Shown here: positions 24,241 through 38,056 of the stretch, piece by piece
Layout: every line of letters starts with the position of its first letter
Position numbering within the stretch: position 1 is the first letter of the stretch
Source of the DNA: Octopus bimaculoides
Taxonomy: Eukaryota
DNA: 63,238 bases
NCBI RefSeq assembly: GCF_001194135.2
Contig: NC_068996.1
Coordinates: 39,385,988-39,449,225 of the forward strand
Direction: 5' to 3'
The notes under the pieces: generated by a model
Told to the model about the DNA's origin: nothing
Databases searched by the model: none
The model's input: only the letters and a program-made list of their open reading frames with translations
Translations under genes and position numbers: made by a program

Positions 24241-24525
24241 CTATATATACATCTATATATCTATATATATATATCTATATATATATATCTATATATATAT
24301 ATCTATATAGATATACTAATATATACTTTTGTTATTTACACCACCTGTCCTCGTCTGTTGTTATTATTTGTATATTCTCCTAGATATATATATCTATATC
24401 TATATAGATATATATATATCTATATATACATATATAGATATCTATATCTATATCTATATATAAGTGTATATATTTATGTATGCATATATATGCATTTATA
24501 TATTTATACGTATATAAATATATAA

Positions 24526-24560
<35 letters not shown>

Positions 24561-24959
24561 GTATTAATTAATAGTAGGATGTATATATATATATATATAT
24601 ATATATACAGACACACACATATATATATATGTGTGTGTGTATATATATATACATATAAGTATATATGTATATATATATATACATGCATACATATATAAAT
24701 ATATATATATATGCAAACACATACATATATATACATACATAGACACACACACACACACACACTTACACATTCATTACTTCATCAGTGACTAAAAAGATAT
24801 TAATATCTTCCTTTTCTTTCTCACTTCTCTTGTTCTTCATTCTCTTTATTCTTTATTATTATTATTATTATTATTATTGTTGTTGTCGTTGTCGTAGTTG
24901 TTGTCGCTGCTAGTTTTGTCATTGTCAGTGTTGTAGGTGTTGTGGTTGTTCTTATACAT

Positions 24960-24998
<39 letters not shown>

Positions 24999-25733
24999 CA
25001 CATACATATCTATGTATGTGTATATGTGTGTGTATGTGTGTATGCATCTACATGTGTATGTATGTATGCATGTATGTATGTATATATATATATATATATT
25101 TTTAATTTATTGTTGTCAATTCAAAAAATAAAAGCTTTTAGCAGAAAAAAACTCCATGTTTCCATTGTGTTAGAACCTTCTTGCAAGGGCAATGGTGCCA
25201 TGCAATTGCACACACACATACACACACACACACACAAACAGGTACACACACATGCACATACACATGCACACACACACACATGCACACATATTCACATATA
25301 CACATGCGCACGCAAATATACACACAGACACTTTCATATACACATATATATATATATTAACATATACATGAACATACACATACACACACACACACATGTA
25401 TGTATACAAATATATACACAAAGACATGCATACACACAAACACACAAACATAAACTTGTGTACATATATTCATTTTCACAAGTCAGTTATACATAGTGTA
25501 TAGGCGTACATATACTCACACACACACAAGCATTTATATATTCACGTGTGTGTATGTACGTGTGTGTATGTGTGTGTGTGTGTGTGTGTGAGTGTGTATG
25601 TATGTGTGTGTGTTACAATGTAACTGAAAAACAAGAAGAAAGGAAAGAATAAAATTTTTAAACATGACAAATAAAACAAACAAAAATACATGAAATAGAT
25701 TAAACTCTCTTTCAAGTTTGAGAATGATTTCAT

Positions 25734-25772
<39 letters not shown>

Positions 25773-25960
25773 GGTTGCTGCTGATGATGAGGATGATGAT
25801 GATGCTTATGATGTTGACAACAATGATGATAATCTTGACAACAGCAACAACGATGACAACGTTGGTTGATGATGATGATGATGATGATGATGAAGATGAT
25901 GATGAAGAGAGCTGATGATGGTGGTGATGACAATGACTGCAATGACGATGACAACATTGA
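21890..25960. repeat. Dense microsatellite field: (CAT)n, (TCT)n, (CA)n/(TG)n, (TA)n, (CTG)n, (GAT)n
   Basis: Directly visible; explains most ORF calls in this interval. Confidence 0.95.
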
Positions 25961-26509
25961 CAATGACAATGACAATTATAAGAATGACGGTGGTAAATGC
26001 TGAAAGGTGATGTGATGATTTAAATTTTTTTTGAGTTCACTTCCCAAAATCAGTAAATCTGACGGTTCCACTGCGCGTTGCTACAATTAGTTGCTGTTGT
26101 GTTGTTTAGACCCAGGTCAGCTATGACCCAGCAGATCTCAGATGAAAGGCATTCCAAGTATGACCATCACCTTCTTCTTCTTAACGGCCATAATTAATCT
26201 TGAATTATATAATCTAATGAATCTTTTAAATAGTAGAATCTGAAATGAAGAAAATTATTTTAGGGTCAAACAACTGCATAAAATGTTTTGGGAAGTGCGT
26301 TTAATTTCTTTGGGCCCTTGGTGTTTCAGATCAGTTCTCCACGACTGGTATGCCATGGCACACTGGTGTGCCACAGTGGTAACCTGTATATAATTTTGTT
26401 TTTCCCGTATTTTTAGTTATATTTTTAGGTCAGGTGTGCCACCGAATTTTGAAAAGAATATATAAAAGAATACAAGTGAAAAAAGTTGAGGATCATCATT
26501 ATCCTCCTC

Positions 26510-26800
26510 CTCCTCATCATCATCATCATCATCACCATCAACACCATCATCATCGTCATCGTCATCATCATCATCATCATCATCATCATCAACATCTGCC
26601 TTCTTTGCTGGCATGGGTTAGATGGTTTGACAGGAACCAACCAGGCAGAAGACTGGACCAAACTTCTGTGTCACTTTTGGCATGGTTTTTAGGGGTAGAT
26701 GCCCTTCCCAGCAACAACCACTCTGCAAAGTGGACTGAGTGCTTTTTATGTGGCACTGGCACAGGCGAGGTCAGTTTTAGATGTTTTAGTTATTTTGCCA
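26510..26800 (-). mobile_element. RTE 3' end with long (CAT)n tail
   Basis: catcatc...atctgccttc..gcatgggtt..gatgcccttccc. Confidence 0.75.
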
Positions 26801-28072
26801 GGCCTTGAGTTTGGTGATTTTCCTATTGCTTTATTTATAGACAGTAGTAGTAGTAGTAGTAGTAGTAGTATGGGGGGGGGGACATGTGCTGCTTCCACCA
26901 TTTGTTGGTGCTTCCCGACCAACTCCTGGTGGTTGACACCTTTGTATTACTCAAGCAACATCCCTCCAACCCAATGGGTCTGTTTTGGGCAGTCGTTGCT
27001 GGCAAGAGGTTTTTAACGATGTTGGAGTGCAAATCCTAACCCAACTTCTTTTAGTTGCCCTTAACAACATGCAGAGGAAACGTTGGTTCTGTTCTTATTA
27101 CATACAGGTCCATACACAATACTTAGGGCAATGTGAAAGGGAGTGTTTTACTCAAGAATAGAACACACCATCCAGTATAGGAATCGAACCCAGAATCTGG
27201 TGGTTGTGAATGAAACACCCTAACCACTAGACCATGTGTGTCACAAAGGTGCATGGCTGTAGGGTTGAAAGTCTATATTTAATATTTTGAGTTTTTGTTT
27301 TCCTGTGTGGTTTTCCTCAGTGGGAAGAAGGATGAAAAGAGAAGCTGGTTTTGGGAGAGTTTGATCCCAGTGTAAAGAGAAGTAGAACTTCTCCCATCCA
27401 AGGCTGACCATGTATCTATATGTGTTTGGGCTGGTTTGGCCAAGATTTTCATAAGGAAGACTGGCAGTTGTCTATGCAAACAAATATTTCCCTCTCTATG
27501 CCACTGATGTCTATATCCAAGTGAAAGGCCACTGACTCAGGTTCGTACCAGTGTCATCTCAGACATTTACTATCAGAACACAAAGAGCCAGAGGAGATGC
27601 TGGAAGGCTGGAAGCACCAACAAATGGTGGAAGCNNNNNNNNNNNNNNNNNNNNNNNNNNNNNNNNNNNNNNNNNNNNNNNNNNNNNNNNNNNNNNNNNN
27701 NNNNNNNNNNNNNNNNNNNNNNNNNNNNNNNNNNNNNNNNNNNNNNNNNNNNNNNNNNNNNNNNNNNNNNNNNNNNNNNNNNNNNNNNNNNNNNNNNNNN
27801 NNNNNNNNNNNNNNNNNNNNNNNNNNNNNNNNNNNNNNNNNNNNNNNNNNNNNNNNNNNNNNNNNNNNNNNNNNNNNNNNNNNNNNNNNNNNNNNNNNNN
27901 NNNNNNNNNNNNNNNNNNNNNNNNNNNNNNNNNNNNNNNNNNNNNNNNNNNNNNNACTACTACTCTAACATTTCCGCAAATCCATTGCCCTATATTGATA
28001 CTTGTTTTTTTTTACCAACTCCAAGAGGATGAAAGGCAAAAATAACTTTGACAGTATTTGAACTTTAGGTGG

Positions 28073-28450
28073 AGGCATGGCTGTGTGGTGAGAAGTTTGC
28101 TTCCCAACAATGTGGTCTAGGGTTCAGTCCCACTATGTGGCACCTTGCGCAAGTGTCTTCTTCGTTAGTCCCACCCCAACTAAAGCCTTGTAAGTGGATT
28201 TGGTAGACGGTGAATGAAAACCAGTTTTCTCTGTGTATAATTCTGTGTGTATATGTCTGCTTGTGTCTTTTCATTTGTGTTTGTTGCCACCACTGCCTGA
28301 TAACTTGTGTCGATTTGTTTAAATCCCCCTTACCCCTTACTTAGTGGTTTGGCAAAAAGAGACTGATAAAATAAGTACTGGGGTTGATATTTTTAAACAT
28401 AAAGGTGGTGTCCCAATATAGCTATGATCCAATGACTAACACAAGTAAAA
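28073..28450 (+). mobile_element. Diverged CORE-like SINE family B
   Basis: ggctgtgtggt head, gggttcagtcccact, ggcaccttgcgcaagtgtctt core, bipartite body. Confidence 0.75.
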
Positions 28451-29899
28451 TATTAAAAAAGAACTTGAATAAAAATAAAATAAGAAATAAAAGAGTCAGA
28501 ATGAATGTTGTTAGGTATTCTAGCATTCTATTCAATGCTCTAGTGATCCTGATAATTAGTAGCATTTTACAGCAACAACTAAAAAAAAAAATTGTAATTA
28601 AATACCACAAGACATTTTGTTCAATGTTCTACCTTGGAAAAAAATATTTCATCTCCTAAGATGAAGTAAATAAACAGAAAACATTTCATCTTATTGTGTT
28701 AAGTTGTTAACACTAAGCAAAACTATTATTTTGGTATCGCCTGCAAATTAAATTATGTTTGAAGAACTGTAAAAAGAAACACAATTATGAGCAGAGAGTA
28801 TAATGAAAGGGTGTCAGAAAACAACCTTGTGTTACTCCATGTTTATGCTAATAGAAAAAGAAGTGTGACTTCTTAACAGCAATATGATGGTTGATGATAA
28901 GGTGGGGAACAGGCAGAATTGTTAGCATGCCATATGAAATGCTTGCCAGCATTTTGTCCGTCATTACATCCTGAGTTCAAATTCCGCCAAGGTTGACCTA
29001 GCCTTTCATCCTTTCAGGGTTGATGAAATAAGTAACAATCAAGGAGTGGTCAGACATTCTATCCATCATCAATTCTCTACCATTCTCTACACAGAAACCA
29101 CATTCTTGACCTGTTTTTTTAATTCTTTATTATTAACCCACTATCTCCCATAATTCTATTAACTGGAATTTTTTTTATGAAACTTTGATTTCTAGCATAA
29201 AACAGCCTTAGAAACACGCTGGAATGATCAAAATAACATTTTAAATAGAAATAAGTGAGATATTGGATGAAAAATTAGCAAACCTCATTTGAATATCAGA
29301 GAAATATACCTAAGTAGATATAGCAAAAAGGTTAGATATGTGTAAATATTGACTGATAATTACGAAATTTGTAATTTTTAAACGATCTCATATGAGATTA
29401 CTGGTAGGTAATGGGTTAATACCATAACTGGCAGTAAGCTAACAGAGTCATTAAGACCTCAGACAAAATGCTCAGTGGTATTTCATCTGTCTTTACGTTC
29501 TGAGTTCAAATTCCAACGAGGTTGACTTTGCTTTTTATCCTTTCAGGGTCAACAAAATAAATACCAACCGAGGACTGGGGTCAATGTAATCAACTTAGCC
29601 CCCCCACCTCACCTTCCCTGAAACTGCTGGCCTTGTGCCAAAATTTGATGCCAATATGGTGGTTGTTGATTTATTAAGAGTTGTTAGACACAATATTCTT
29701 ATTCTCATTCCGTTATGACTTTGTCACAGAACAGAAAGTCCTAGATAAACCCTGAAAAAATTACCATTTCTTCATAGGCTGACACAAAATTATACAAATT
29801 TCTGAATCAAAGAATATGTTTTTTTTTTTACGTGTGTTGATGTGAATCTCTGTGTCTCTCACTTTATGCCATTCCCTCTCCTTTTTTTTTATCTGTCAC

Positions 29900-30530
29900 A
29901 TGTGTGTGTGTGTGTGTGCATGCGTGCGTGTGTGCACATGTGTGTGCCTGTGTGACTATGAACACATGTATAAAGGATGTGTGTGCATGCACAACTGTAT
30001 GTGTATGCGTGTGTGGTATATGTGTATGTGAGTGTGTGTGTTTGTGAGTATGTGTGAATGTGTGCATGTGTGTGTGTGGGTGTATGTGTGTATGTGAGTG
30101 TGTGTGCATGGGTGGTGGTGTATGAGTGTGTGTGTGTTTGTATGTGTGTGTATGTGTGTGTGAGTATGTGTGAATATGTGTGTGTGGGGAGTGTATGTGT
30201 GTGTGTGTGAGTGTGTGTGAATGTGTGTGTGAATGTGTGTGTGCATGAGGGGTGGTGTATGTGTGTGTGTGAGTGTGTGTGAGTTTGTGTGTGTGTATGT
30301 GTGTGAGTATGTGTGAATATGTGTGTGGGTGGTGGTATATGTGTGGGTGTGTGTGTGAGTGTGTGTGTGAGTGTGTGTGTGTTTGTGTATGTGTGTGTAT
30401 GTGTGAATGTGTGTGTGTGCGTGGTTGGTGGTGTATGTGTGTGTGGGTGTATGTGTGTGTGTGAGTGTGTGTGAATGTGTGTGCATGGGTGGTGATGTGT
30501 GTGTGTGTGTGTGTGTGAGTGCGTGTGGGT
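29900..30530. repeat. Degenerate (TG)n low-complexity tract
   Basis: Directly visible. Confidence 0.95.
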
Positions 30531-31867
30531 GAATCTGTATTTACAGAGTTCCCGTTTGTAAATATGTTTGTATGATACTCCATTTTTTTTTCCTGTCTCC
30601 CTATTTTTCTCACTTTTCACTTACAATGTGTGAATGTTTTTTATACCTTTTTCACGCAGTGAACTGTTCAAAGTATTCAAAGACATATAAACAAGTAAGA
30701 AACCTCTGTGTAAACACACACACACACACGCACACACACACAAACGCACGCACACATATATAAACAAGTAAGANNNNNNNNNNNNNNNNNNNNNNNNNNN
30801 NNNNNNNNNNNNNNNNNNNNNNNNNNNNNNNNNNNNNNNNNNNNNNNNNNNNNNNNNNNNNNNNNNNNNNNNNNNNNNNNNNNNNNNNNNNNNNNNNNNN
30901 NNNNNNNNNNNNNNNNNNNNNNNNNNNNNNNNNNNNNNNNNNNNNNNNNNNNNNNNNNNNNNNNNNNNNNNNNNNNNNNNNNNNNNNNNNNNNNNNNNNN
31001 NNNNNNNNNNNNNNNNNNNNNNNNNNNNNNNNNNNNNNNNNNNNNNNNNNNNNNNNNNNNNNNNNNNNNNNNNNNNNNNNNNNNNNNNNNNNNNNNNNNN
31101 NNNNNNNNNNNNNNNNNNNNNNNNNNACTCCCCCCACCACACACACACACATGTATGTACATATGTTTGTATATACAGAAGTTTAGAGGTGACATTCTTT
31201 ATATAAGTAGGCCTTTTGAATTACATAAGCAACTTCTTTGCCCCTCTTCTTTCTTTTCTTTTCTTTTTTTTTTAGTTTTGATTATATTTTTCTGTTTGGT
31301 CTTCAAAAAACCTTGCATTGAGAAACATCTGGTTTTAGAAATTCTTGATTTAACAGAGAAAGGGGGGAAAAAAAGGGATGTGTAACCCCCCACAAAAAAA
31401 AAAAAAAATGATAAAGAGCAACATGTCGAAGAGAAATTGATGAAATATGTTTCTTTTCCCCATTTCTTGATATGATTATCTTTAACAGTTTCCGCATCAT
31501 TTTATATAAATTTATGAGGTTAACCAATTTTGATAATCCTTCATTTAATTTCTGATGCTGAAATAGCCAGTAGTAGAAATTAATTGATGAAATACAAAGC
31601 ATTGAACCCGTCTATCATTAATCCGTTGTATTGAAAACAGAACGCAGGGTGGCTTAAAAGAAGAATGGTTCAAAAGTCTGGCAGCACCATAATTGCCTAA
31701 TTGTAGAAATCTCAGACCTTCTCAAACTTTGAGGTTTCTGAACAACTGGGGATATAAAAATAAAAACAAGAAAAAAAAGAGAAAAAGAAAAAAAAAGAAA
31801 GAAAAATGGTATGGTTTGAAAATTAGCGCATCATTATTGTCTCTTATTCAAAGGTTCTCGAAGAATC

Positions 31868-31917
31868 CTGGGATTGCTAAAATAAAATTAGTAATATTTT
31901 TATTTCAGCAATCCCAG
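31868..31917. other. Near-perfect 20-bp hairpin in unique sequence
   Basis: ctgggattgct-a-aaataaaa / ttttattt-c-agcaatcccag: 19 of 20 Watson-Crick pairs. Confidence 0.85.
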
Positions 31918-32764
31918 AGACGCTAGAACATTATTCTATTACAAATGGTGTCAGGGTGTCAGTACATATTTCATTAGAATATCAAATAAATAAAAATAAA
32001 ATGAGATAAAATAAAAAAATAAATTTTTTTTTTTTTTAATCGCAGCAGGATACAAACTGAGTAAAGGCATTCTGAGTTCAAATCTGGTGGGGAGTGGAGG
32101 TGGGAATTAATTTTCAGGGTAGGGTAGGGTAGGGTAGGATCGATAAATAAAAGCACTAGGGTCAAGCACTGTGAAATTGGTGGAATCAGTAGAACATTAG
32201 AAGGTATACGCCTTGCTGTATGTATACCAGCTCTTTATGTTCTGAGTTCAAATTCCTTCCCCAGGGATTCAGTTTTCACCAACAGCCAATGCTGGTTGTT
32301 CCCTCCATAGGACCCCGCAGTTGCTTATGAAAGCTACAAAGTGTTGGAGGTGGGTTGTGACCTTGCTTTACTGCAATCCAAAGATGATGATTCAGTATCT
32401 AATTCTGAATTAGATCCTTTATTTCCATGTATAATCATTAAAAAATTTTGTGATAAACCAAATAAGTTCCTCTAAGAAGACACAAAAAAAAAAATAACCC
32501 CAAAAACTGAAACATTAATTTGAATTATGATATATTATATAATATGATTAACAAACAATAACAACATCACTGGTTGTAGGTTTGTAATGGAACAATCACT
32601 GGTTCACTAGATTTTTGAAGGCAAGAGTGATAGGGAAATGTTTGTGACTCAGTCTAGGATTGAGAATACATCAATGGGCTTCATTGAATGAACACAAAAC
32701 ATTGGGCTTTCGTTTTCCTTCTTTTTGATGATGTGAAAAATACATGCATATAGGCATGTATAAC

Positions 32765-32807
<43 letters not shown>

Positions 32808-32824
32808 TGTATATGTTTAAAAGA

Positions 32825-32943
32825 CACCATTTCGAGCGTGGCCGTTTTCGTGCGGGTGACATGTAAAAGCACCCACTACACTCTCTGAGTGGTTGGCGTT
32901 AGGAAGGGCATCCAGCTGTAGAAACTCTGCCAAATTAGATTGG
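32825..32943 (+). mobile_element. Young RTE 3' UTR fragment running into a gap
   Basis: Reverse complement closely matches 16070-16200 and 61200-61330. Confidence 0.85.
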
Positions 32944-33725
32944 NNNNNNNNNNNNNNNNNNNNNNNNNNNNNNNNNNNNNNNNNNNNNNNNNNNNNNNNN
33001 NNNNNNNNNNNNNNNNNNNNNNNNNNNNNNNNNNNNNNNNNNNNNNNNNNNNNNNNNNNNNNNNNNNNNNNNNNNNNNNNNNNNNNNNNNNNNNNNNNNN
33101 NNNNNNNNNNNNNNNNNNNNNNNNNNNNNNNNNNNNNNNNNNNNNNNNNNNNNNNNNNNNNNNNNNNNNNNNNNNNNNNNNNNNNNNNNNNNNNNNNNNN
33201 NNNNNNNNNNNNNNNNNNNNNNNNNNNNNNNNNNNNNNNNNNNNNNNNNNNNNNNNNNNNNNNNNNNNNNNNNNNNNNNNNNNNNNNNNNNNNNNNNNNN
33301 NNNNNNNNNNNNNNNNNNNNNNNNNNNNNNNNNNNNNNNNNNNNNNNNNNNNNNNNNNNNNNNNNNNNNNNNNNNNNNNNNNNNNNNNNNNNNNNNNNNN
33401 NNNNNNNNNNNNNNNNNNNNNNNNNNNNNNNNNNNNNNNNNNNNNNNNNNNNNNNNNNNNNNNNNNNNNNNNNNNNNNNNNNNNNNNNNNNNNNNNNNNN
33501 NNNNNNNNNNNNNNNNNNNNNNNNNNNNNNNNNNNNNNNNNNNNNNNNNNNNNNNNNNNNNNNNNNNNNNNNNNNNNNNNNNNNNNNNNNNNNNNNNNNN
33601 NNNNNNNNNNNNNNNNNNNNNNNNNNNNNNNNNNNNNNNNNNNNNNNNNNNNNNNNNNNNNNNNNNNNNNNNNNNNNNNNNNNNNNNNNNNNNNNNNNNN
33701 NNNNNNNNNNNNNNNNNNNNNNNNN

Positions 33726-33764
<39 letters not shown>

Positions 33765-33912
33765 CTGATGGACAACATCAGCCAAATGTTTTCATGTTAT
33801 TCGTTATTGCTGTATACGATGAGCTTGAGAACCACTGTTCCGAAACAGAATGATAAATTCTTTTGTTTCAGTCATTTGACAGCAGCCATGCTGGAGCACC
33901 ATATATACAAAC

Positions 33913-34229
33913 TCCAATGGGAAAGTGGAGCAGGTAAAATCCAGGCTACATATGTTTCCTAACTAGTAGCTCCTCTGATATAATAATTACTAAACGAGGG
34001 GTATTCCACTAGCTACTCCTCAGGCCGAATATACCTTAGTTATATGGAGATTAGGCTGTCATTAAAGGATCCCAGGTTAACTTGACGAATATATAATTAA
34101 GGAATCTTTGGCCTAATGAGTAGCTAGCTGTGTACCCCTCATTGAAGAATTATTACATCATAGGATCTGCTAACCAGGTAACATATATATAGCCTGGATA
34201 TTTTACCTGCTCCATTCCTTCAATTTGGA
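33913..34229. mobile_element. Foldback / palindromic MITE-like element (~317 bp)
   Basis: Arms ~33913-34047 and ~34091-34229 are inverted homologues (tggagcaggtaaaatccaggcta... / ...tagcctggatattttacctgctcca). Confidence 0.8.
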
Positions 34230-34505
34230 TTTCTTTGCATTGGTAGCAGCTCAAGTTGCTAACTGTGAGCTATAAAAATGTTTTTTCAATTTATTAAACT
34301 TTGGTATTGTAAAAGCCTACAGCTTTCACTGCCGATAAATTATTATTGTTCCTGAATGTTGTTTTTTATACCTGCCATGGACTGCTTGAAGCTTACAAAC
34401 TTCCTACACTTAGATTCTTGGATCTTATAATTTACACACACTCACACACACACACACACACACAATTCTGCTTTGGGACATTGGTTCTCAGAGCTTGTGT
34501 GTATA

Positions 34506-34565
<60 letters not shown>

Positions 34566-35086
34566 NNNNNNNNNNNNNNNNNNNNNNNNNNNNNNNNNNN
34601 NNNNNNNNNNNNNNNNNNNNNNNNNNNNNNNNNNNNNNNNNNNNNNNNNNNNNNNNNNNNNNNNNNNNNNNNNNNNNNNNNNNNNNNNNNNNNNNNNNNN
34701 NNNNNNNNNNNNNNNNNNNNNNNNNNNNNNNNNNNNNNNNNNNNNNNNNNNNNNNNNNNNNNNNNNNNNNNNNNNNNNNNNNNNNNNNNNNNNNNNNNNN
34801 NNNNNNNNNNNNNNNNNNNNNNNNNNNNNNNNNNNNNNNNNNNNNNNNNNNNNNNNNNNNNNNNNNNNNNNNNNNNNNNNNNNNNNNNNNNNNNNNNNNN
34901 NNNNNNNNNNNNNNNNNNNNNNNNNNNNNNNNNNNNNNNNNNNNNNNNNNNNNNNNNNNNNNNNNNNNNNNNNNNNNNNNNNNNNNNNNNNNNNNNNNNN
35001 NNNNNNNNNNNNNNNNNNNNNNNNNNNNNNNNNNNNNNNNNNNNNNNNNNNNNNNNNNNNNNNNNNNNNNNNNNNNNNNNNNNNNN

Positions 35087-35485
35087 CTCTTTCACTCTTT
35101 TACTTGTTTCAATCATTTGACTGCGGCCATGCTGGAGCACCACCTTTAGTTGAGCAAATCGACCCCGAGAGTTATTCTTTGTAAGCCTAGTACTTATTCT
35201 ATCAGTCTCTTTTGCCGAACCGCTAAGTGACGGGGGACATAAACACACCAGCATCGGTTGTCAAGCAATGCTAGGGGGACAAACACAGACACAAACACAC
35301 ACACATATATATACATATATACGACGGGCTTCTTTCAGTTTCCGTCTACCAAATCCACTCACAAGGCTTTGGTCAGCCCCGAGGCTATAGTAGAAGACAC
35401 TTGCGCAAGGTGCCACGCAGTGAGACTGAACCCGGAACCATGTGGTTGGTAAGCAAGCTACTTACTACACAGCCACTTCTGCGCC
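35087..35485 (-). mobile_element. Young full-length CORE-like SINE family B
   Basis: ggcgcag head, ggcaccttg(c/g)gcaagtgtctt core resembling the MIR/CORE motif, central (TA/TG)n, aagagt tail. Confidence 0.9.
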
Positions 35486-36313
35486 TACAATACATATATA
35501 TATAATATTTTTATAACAGGTTCCTGTACCATGGGATCCAGCCCTGAACCTCATGATTCTTAAGCAATACTTCTTAACCACACACACATGCTTGTGCCCA
35601 ATATTTGAGCGAACCGACAAACTTTTGTTTAATGGTATTGATTTTGTATCTTGCCATGCTATGAATAGAAAATATTTAGTCAAGTAGATATTTACTTACT
35701 GTGGAAGTCATATTATTAAATACAGATCTGTTACTCCCCATACCACTTTTGGTATTGGAACTACTCAACCGTGTAAACAATATCTATTCATTAAATCTTA
35801 TTCATTAAAATATTTTCCCATTGCAATTATTAATCTGTCTTGGGAAAAGTATAATTATTACATGTGGTTGATGTCTGTGTAGCAATCTCTCTTGTGTTGA
35901 AATATTTTTACTTTTACCGTTAAACTCAATGTATATTTGCCAAGAATGTTTGTAATTATTACATGCACCAATGAGGAAAGCCACTATGTGGTTGCATGAT
36001 ATAGTAGCCAAATCTGCCTCAAATGCCCACACCCCAACTCTGCCATCTTGAAAAGGGAAATCTACTTTGGGTAATGTAGGCATGAATCATTATAATGGAA
36101 ATTGATAAAATAATTAAATATTAAATCAAAATAAGCTTCAATGGTCATGACTGGAATGTCATTCATCTAAAATCTCTTTCATCGGAGCTGACTTGGCCTA
36201 AAACAATAACAACATTGTAATTATTGAGTCCTTCTTTTTGAACTTCTATGTACCAGTTCATGTAAAAAAATGTTCTTGGAAGATCCAACCTATCTCAGAC
36301 AATAACTGTATTA

Positions 36314-37196
36314 CGTGGTGGAATCAAAAGGTAATCGGACTAATTATGTTTAATAAAAAATAACATATTCACTCAAGTTTTACCGTCTTCTCCTTCAAAA
36401 TAGTCACCTTGCGCAGCAATACAGTAGTCTCAGCATTCCTACCACTTTTGGAATCTGGCCTGGAAGTTGAATTCCATAAGTAAGCCAAGGTTGATTCATT
36501 CTGGATCTCATAAAAAGGTGTTAAAACAGTGACCTTTGAGCTGCATTTTCATCTTGAGGAAGAGATGGGAGTCCATAGGTGCTAAATCTGGTGAATAGGG
36601 CAGGTGTAGAAGTGATACCATGTTGTTTTTGGTAAGAAACCCATGATTGAGGTCAATAATCCAATTCCTTCCACTCTACAGATCTGGTTGCTTTTGCCAA
36701 ATGTCCTCTCTCAAATGCTTCAAAGCATCACAGTAGAATTCTCAATTGATGGTCTGGCCCTGGGGTGAATTTTCAATGAACAATATCACATTTCTGAGGA
36801 GGACACTCATGGCAGGTCTTCCAGAGATATTCAGATATTCTTCTGTTTTTGAAGTGTTTGTGCCACTCGAAACATTGCGTACAACCCATTGCCTTGTCGC
36901 TGTAAGCTCCCCAAAGAATGCTCAATGTCTCTGTAGTAGACTTCCCAAGTTTAGCGTAAAATATCATGTTAGCTCTTTGTTCCAACTTCCTGTCCAAGAC
37001 AAAATCACAGACTACAGCATACGCACATGATCATAAAAAACACAAATTTCACAACTTGCAAAGTAAACACTGTGATGTCACTCAACACACCACCTCATGA
37101 AGGTCACTGCTAGCTCTCATTGCGCACGCAATAGTGTGTGCTGCCATCTGTTGGCATGTTACAGGATTAGTCTGGGGACTTTTCGATACCACCTTG
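36314..37196 (-). mobile_element. Internally deleted mariner (883 bp)
   Basis: Degenerate TIRs with TA TSD (36312-36313, 37197-37198); N-terminal MDRKLEQRANMIFYAKLGKSTTET, then PYSPDLAP and C-terminal QGDYFEG; central catalytic region missing. Confidence 0.88.
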
Positions 37197-38056
37197 TATT
37201 ATATAATGCAGTGGGTGATAAAAGAATTTTTGAGAAATCAAAATTATATCTGTAATGAGAAGAAAAGCCACAAGTACAAATGATAATTCTTTCCAAGGAA
37301 GACAAGGGAGAGAACTCTGAGTTTCAAACATATTCTTTAATTCAGAAATTTATATGATTTTGTGTTAGGAGGTATTTAGGCCTTTCTATTCTGTGACGAA
37401 GAAATAATGGAAAGAGATTAAAAGTGTTGTGATGACCAATTCTTAATAAATCATCAACCCACTAGTGTAGCTAGATAAGGGGGGTGGGGCTGTAGGGGTG
37501 GTTCACCCTGGGCAGCACTTTTGGGTCTGCTGTAGGCAATATGTGTTTTTGTGGGATCTGAGGGTGGCAAACAGACATTTCAACACTTCAAAAAAAAAAC
37601 AAAAAAAAAAACTTGTTTGTTTACATATGATGTAATAATTTTATAATTTATCCATTTATAATTTTGAGTCTGTGCTTGTACTTAATCACTGTTTGAGAAC
37701 CGGTGTTGGTGTATTTACATCCCCATAACTTAGCAGTTTGGCAAAAGAGACTAATAGAATAAGTACTAGGCTTTAAAAAATAAAAAAGTTCTGAGGTTGA
37801 TTCATTCAACTAAAAATTTTTCAAAACAGTGCCCCAGTATGGTCGCAGTCTAACGACAGGAACAAGTAAAAGAAGGCAAATCAGAATTTTAACATTTAAA
37901 CTTTTAGTTTGAATTTTATTTGCTGAATAAAGAGCATTGTCTCACGAACACAATATGGGAGTTTTTCTTGCAGCATAACAAGGAGAGAAGTGTGCATGTG
38001 GTTGCTTGACTAGCTAGAAATAATAACAAATCTTCCTCATTTCATACCCTACCACC

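Noticed and set aside
22267-25975. Numerous HT/CV/YI-repeat ORFs
   Set aside because: Dinucleotide microsatellites; no coding complexity or splice support.
32117-32138. (TAGGG)n telomere-like run
   Set aside because: Four to five copies of a non-canonical unit beside SINE A debris.
35702-35760. Minus-strand donor at ~35701 with a short open frame
   Set aside because: No pyrimidine-rich acceptor; support too weak to list as an exon.
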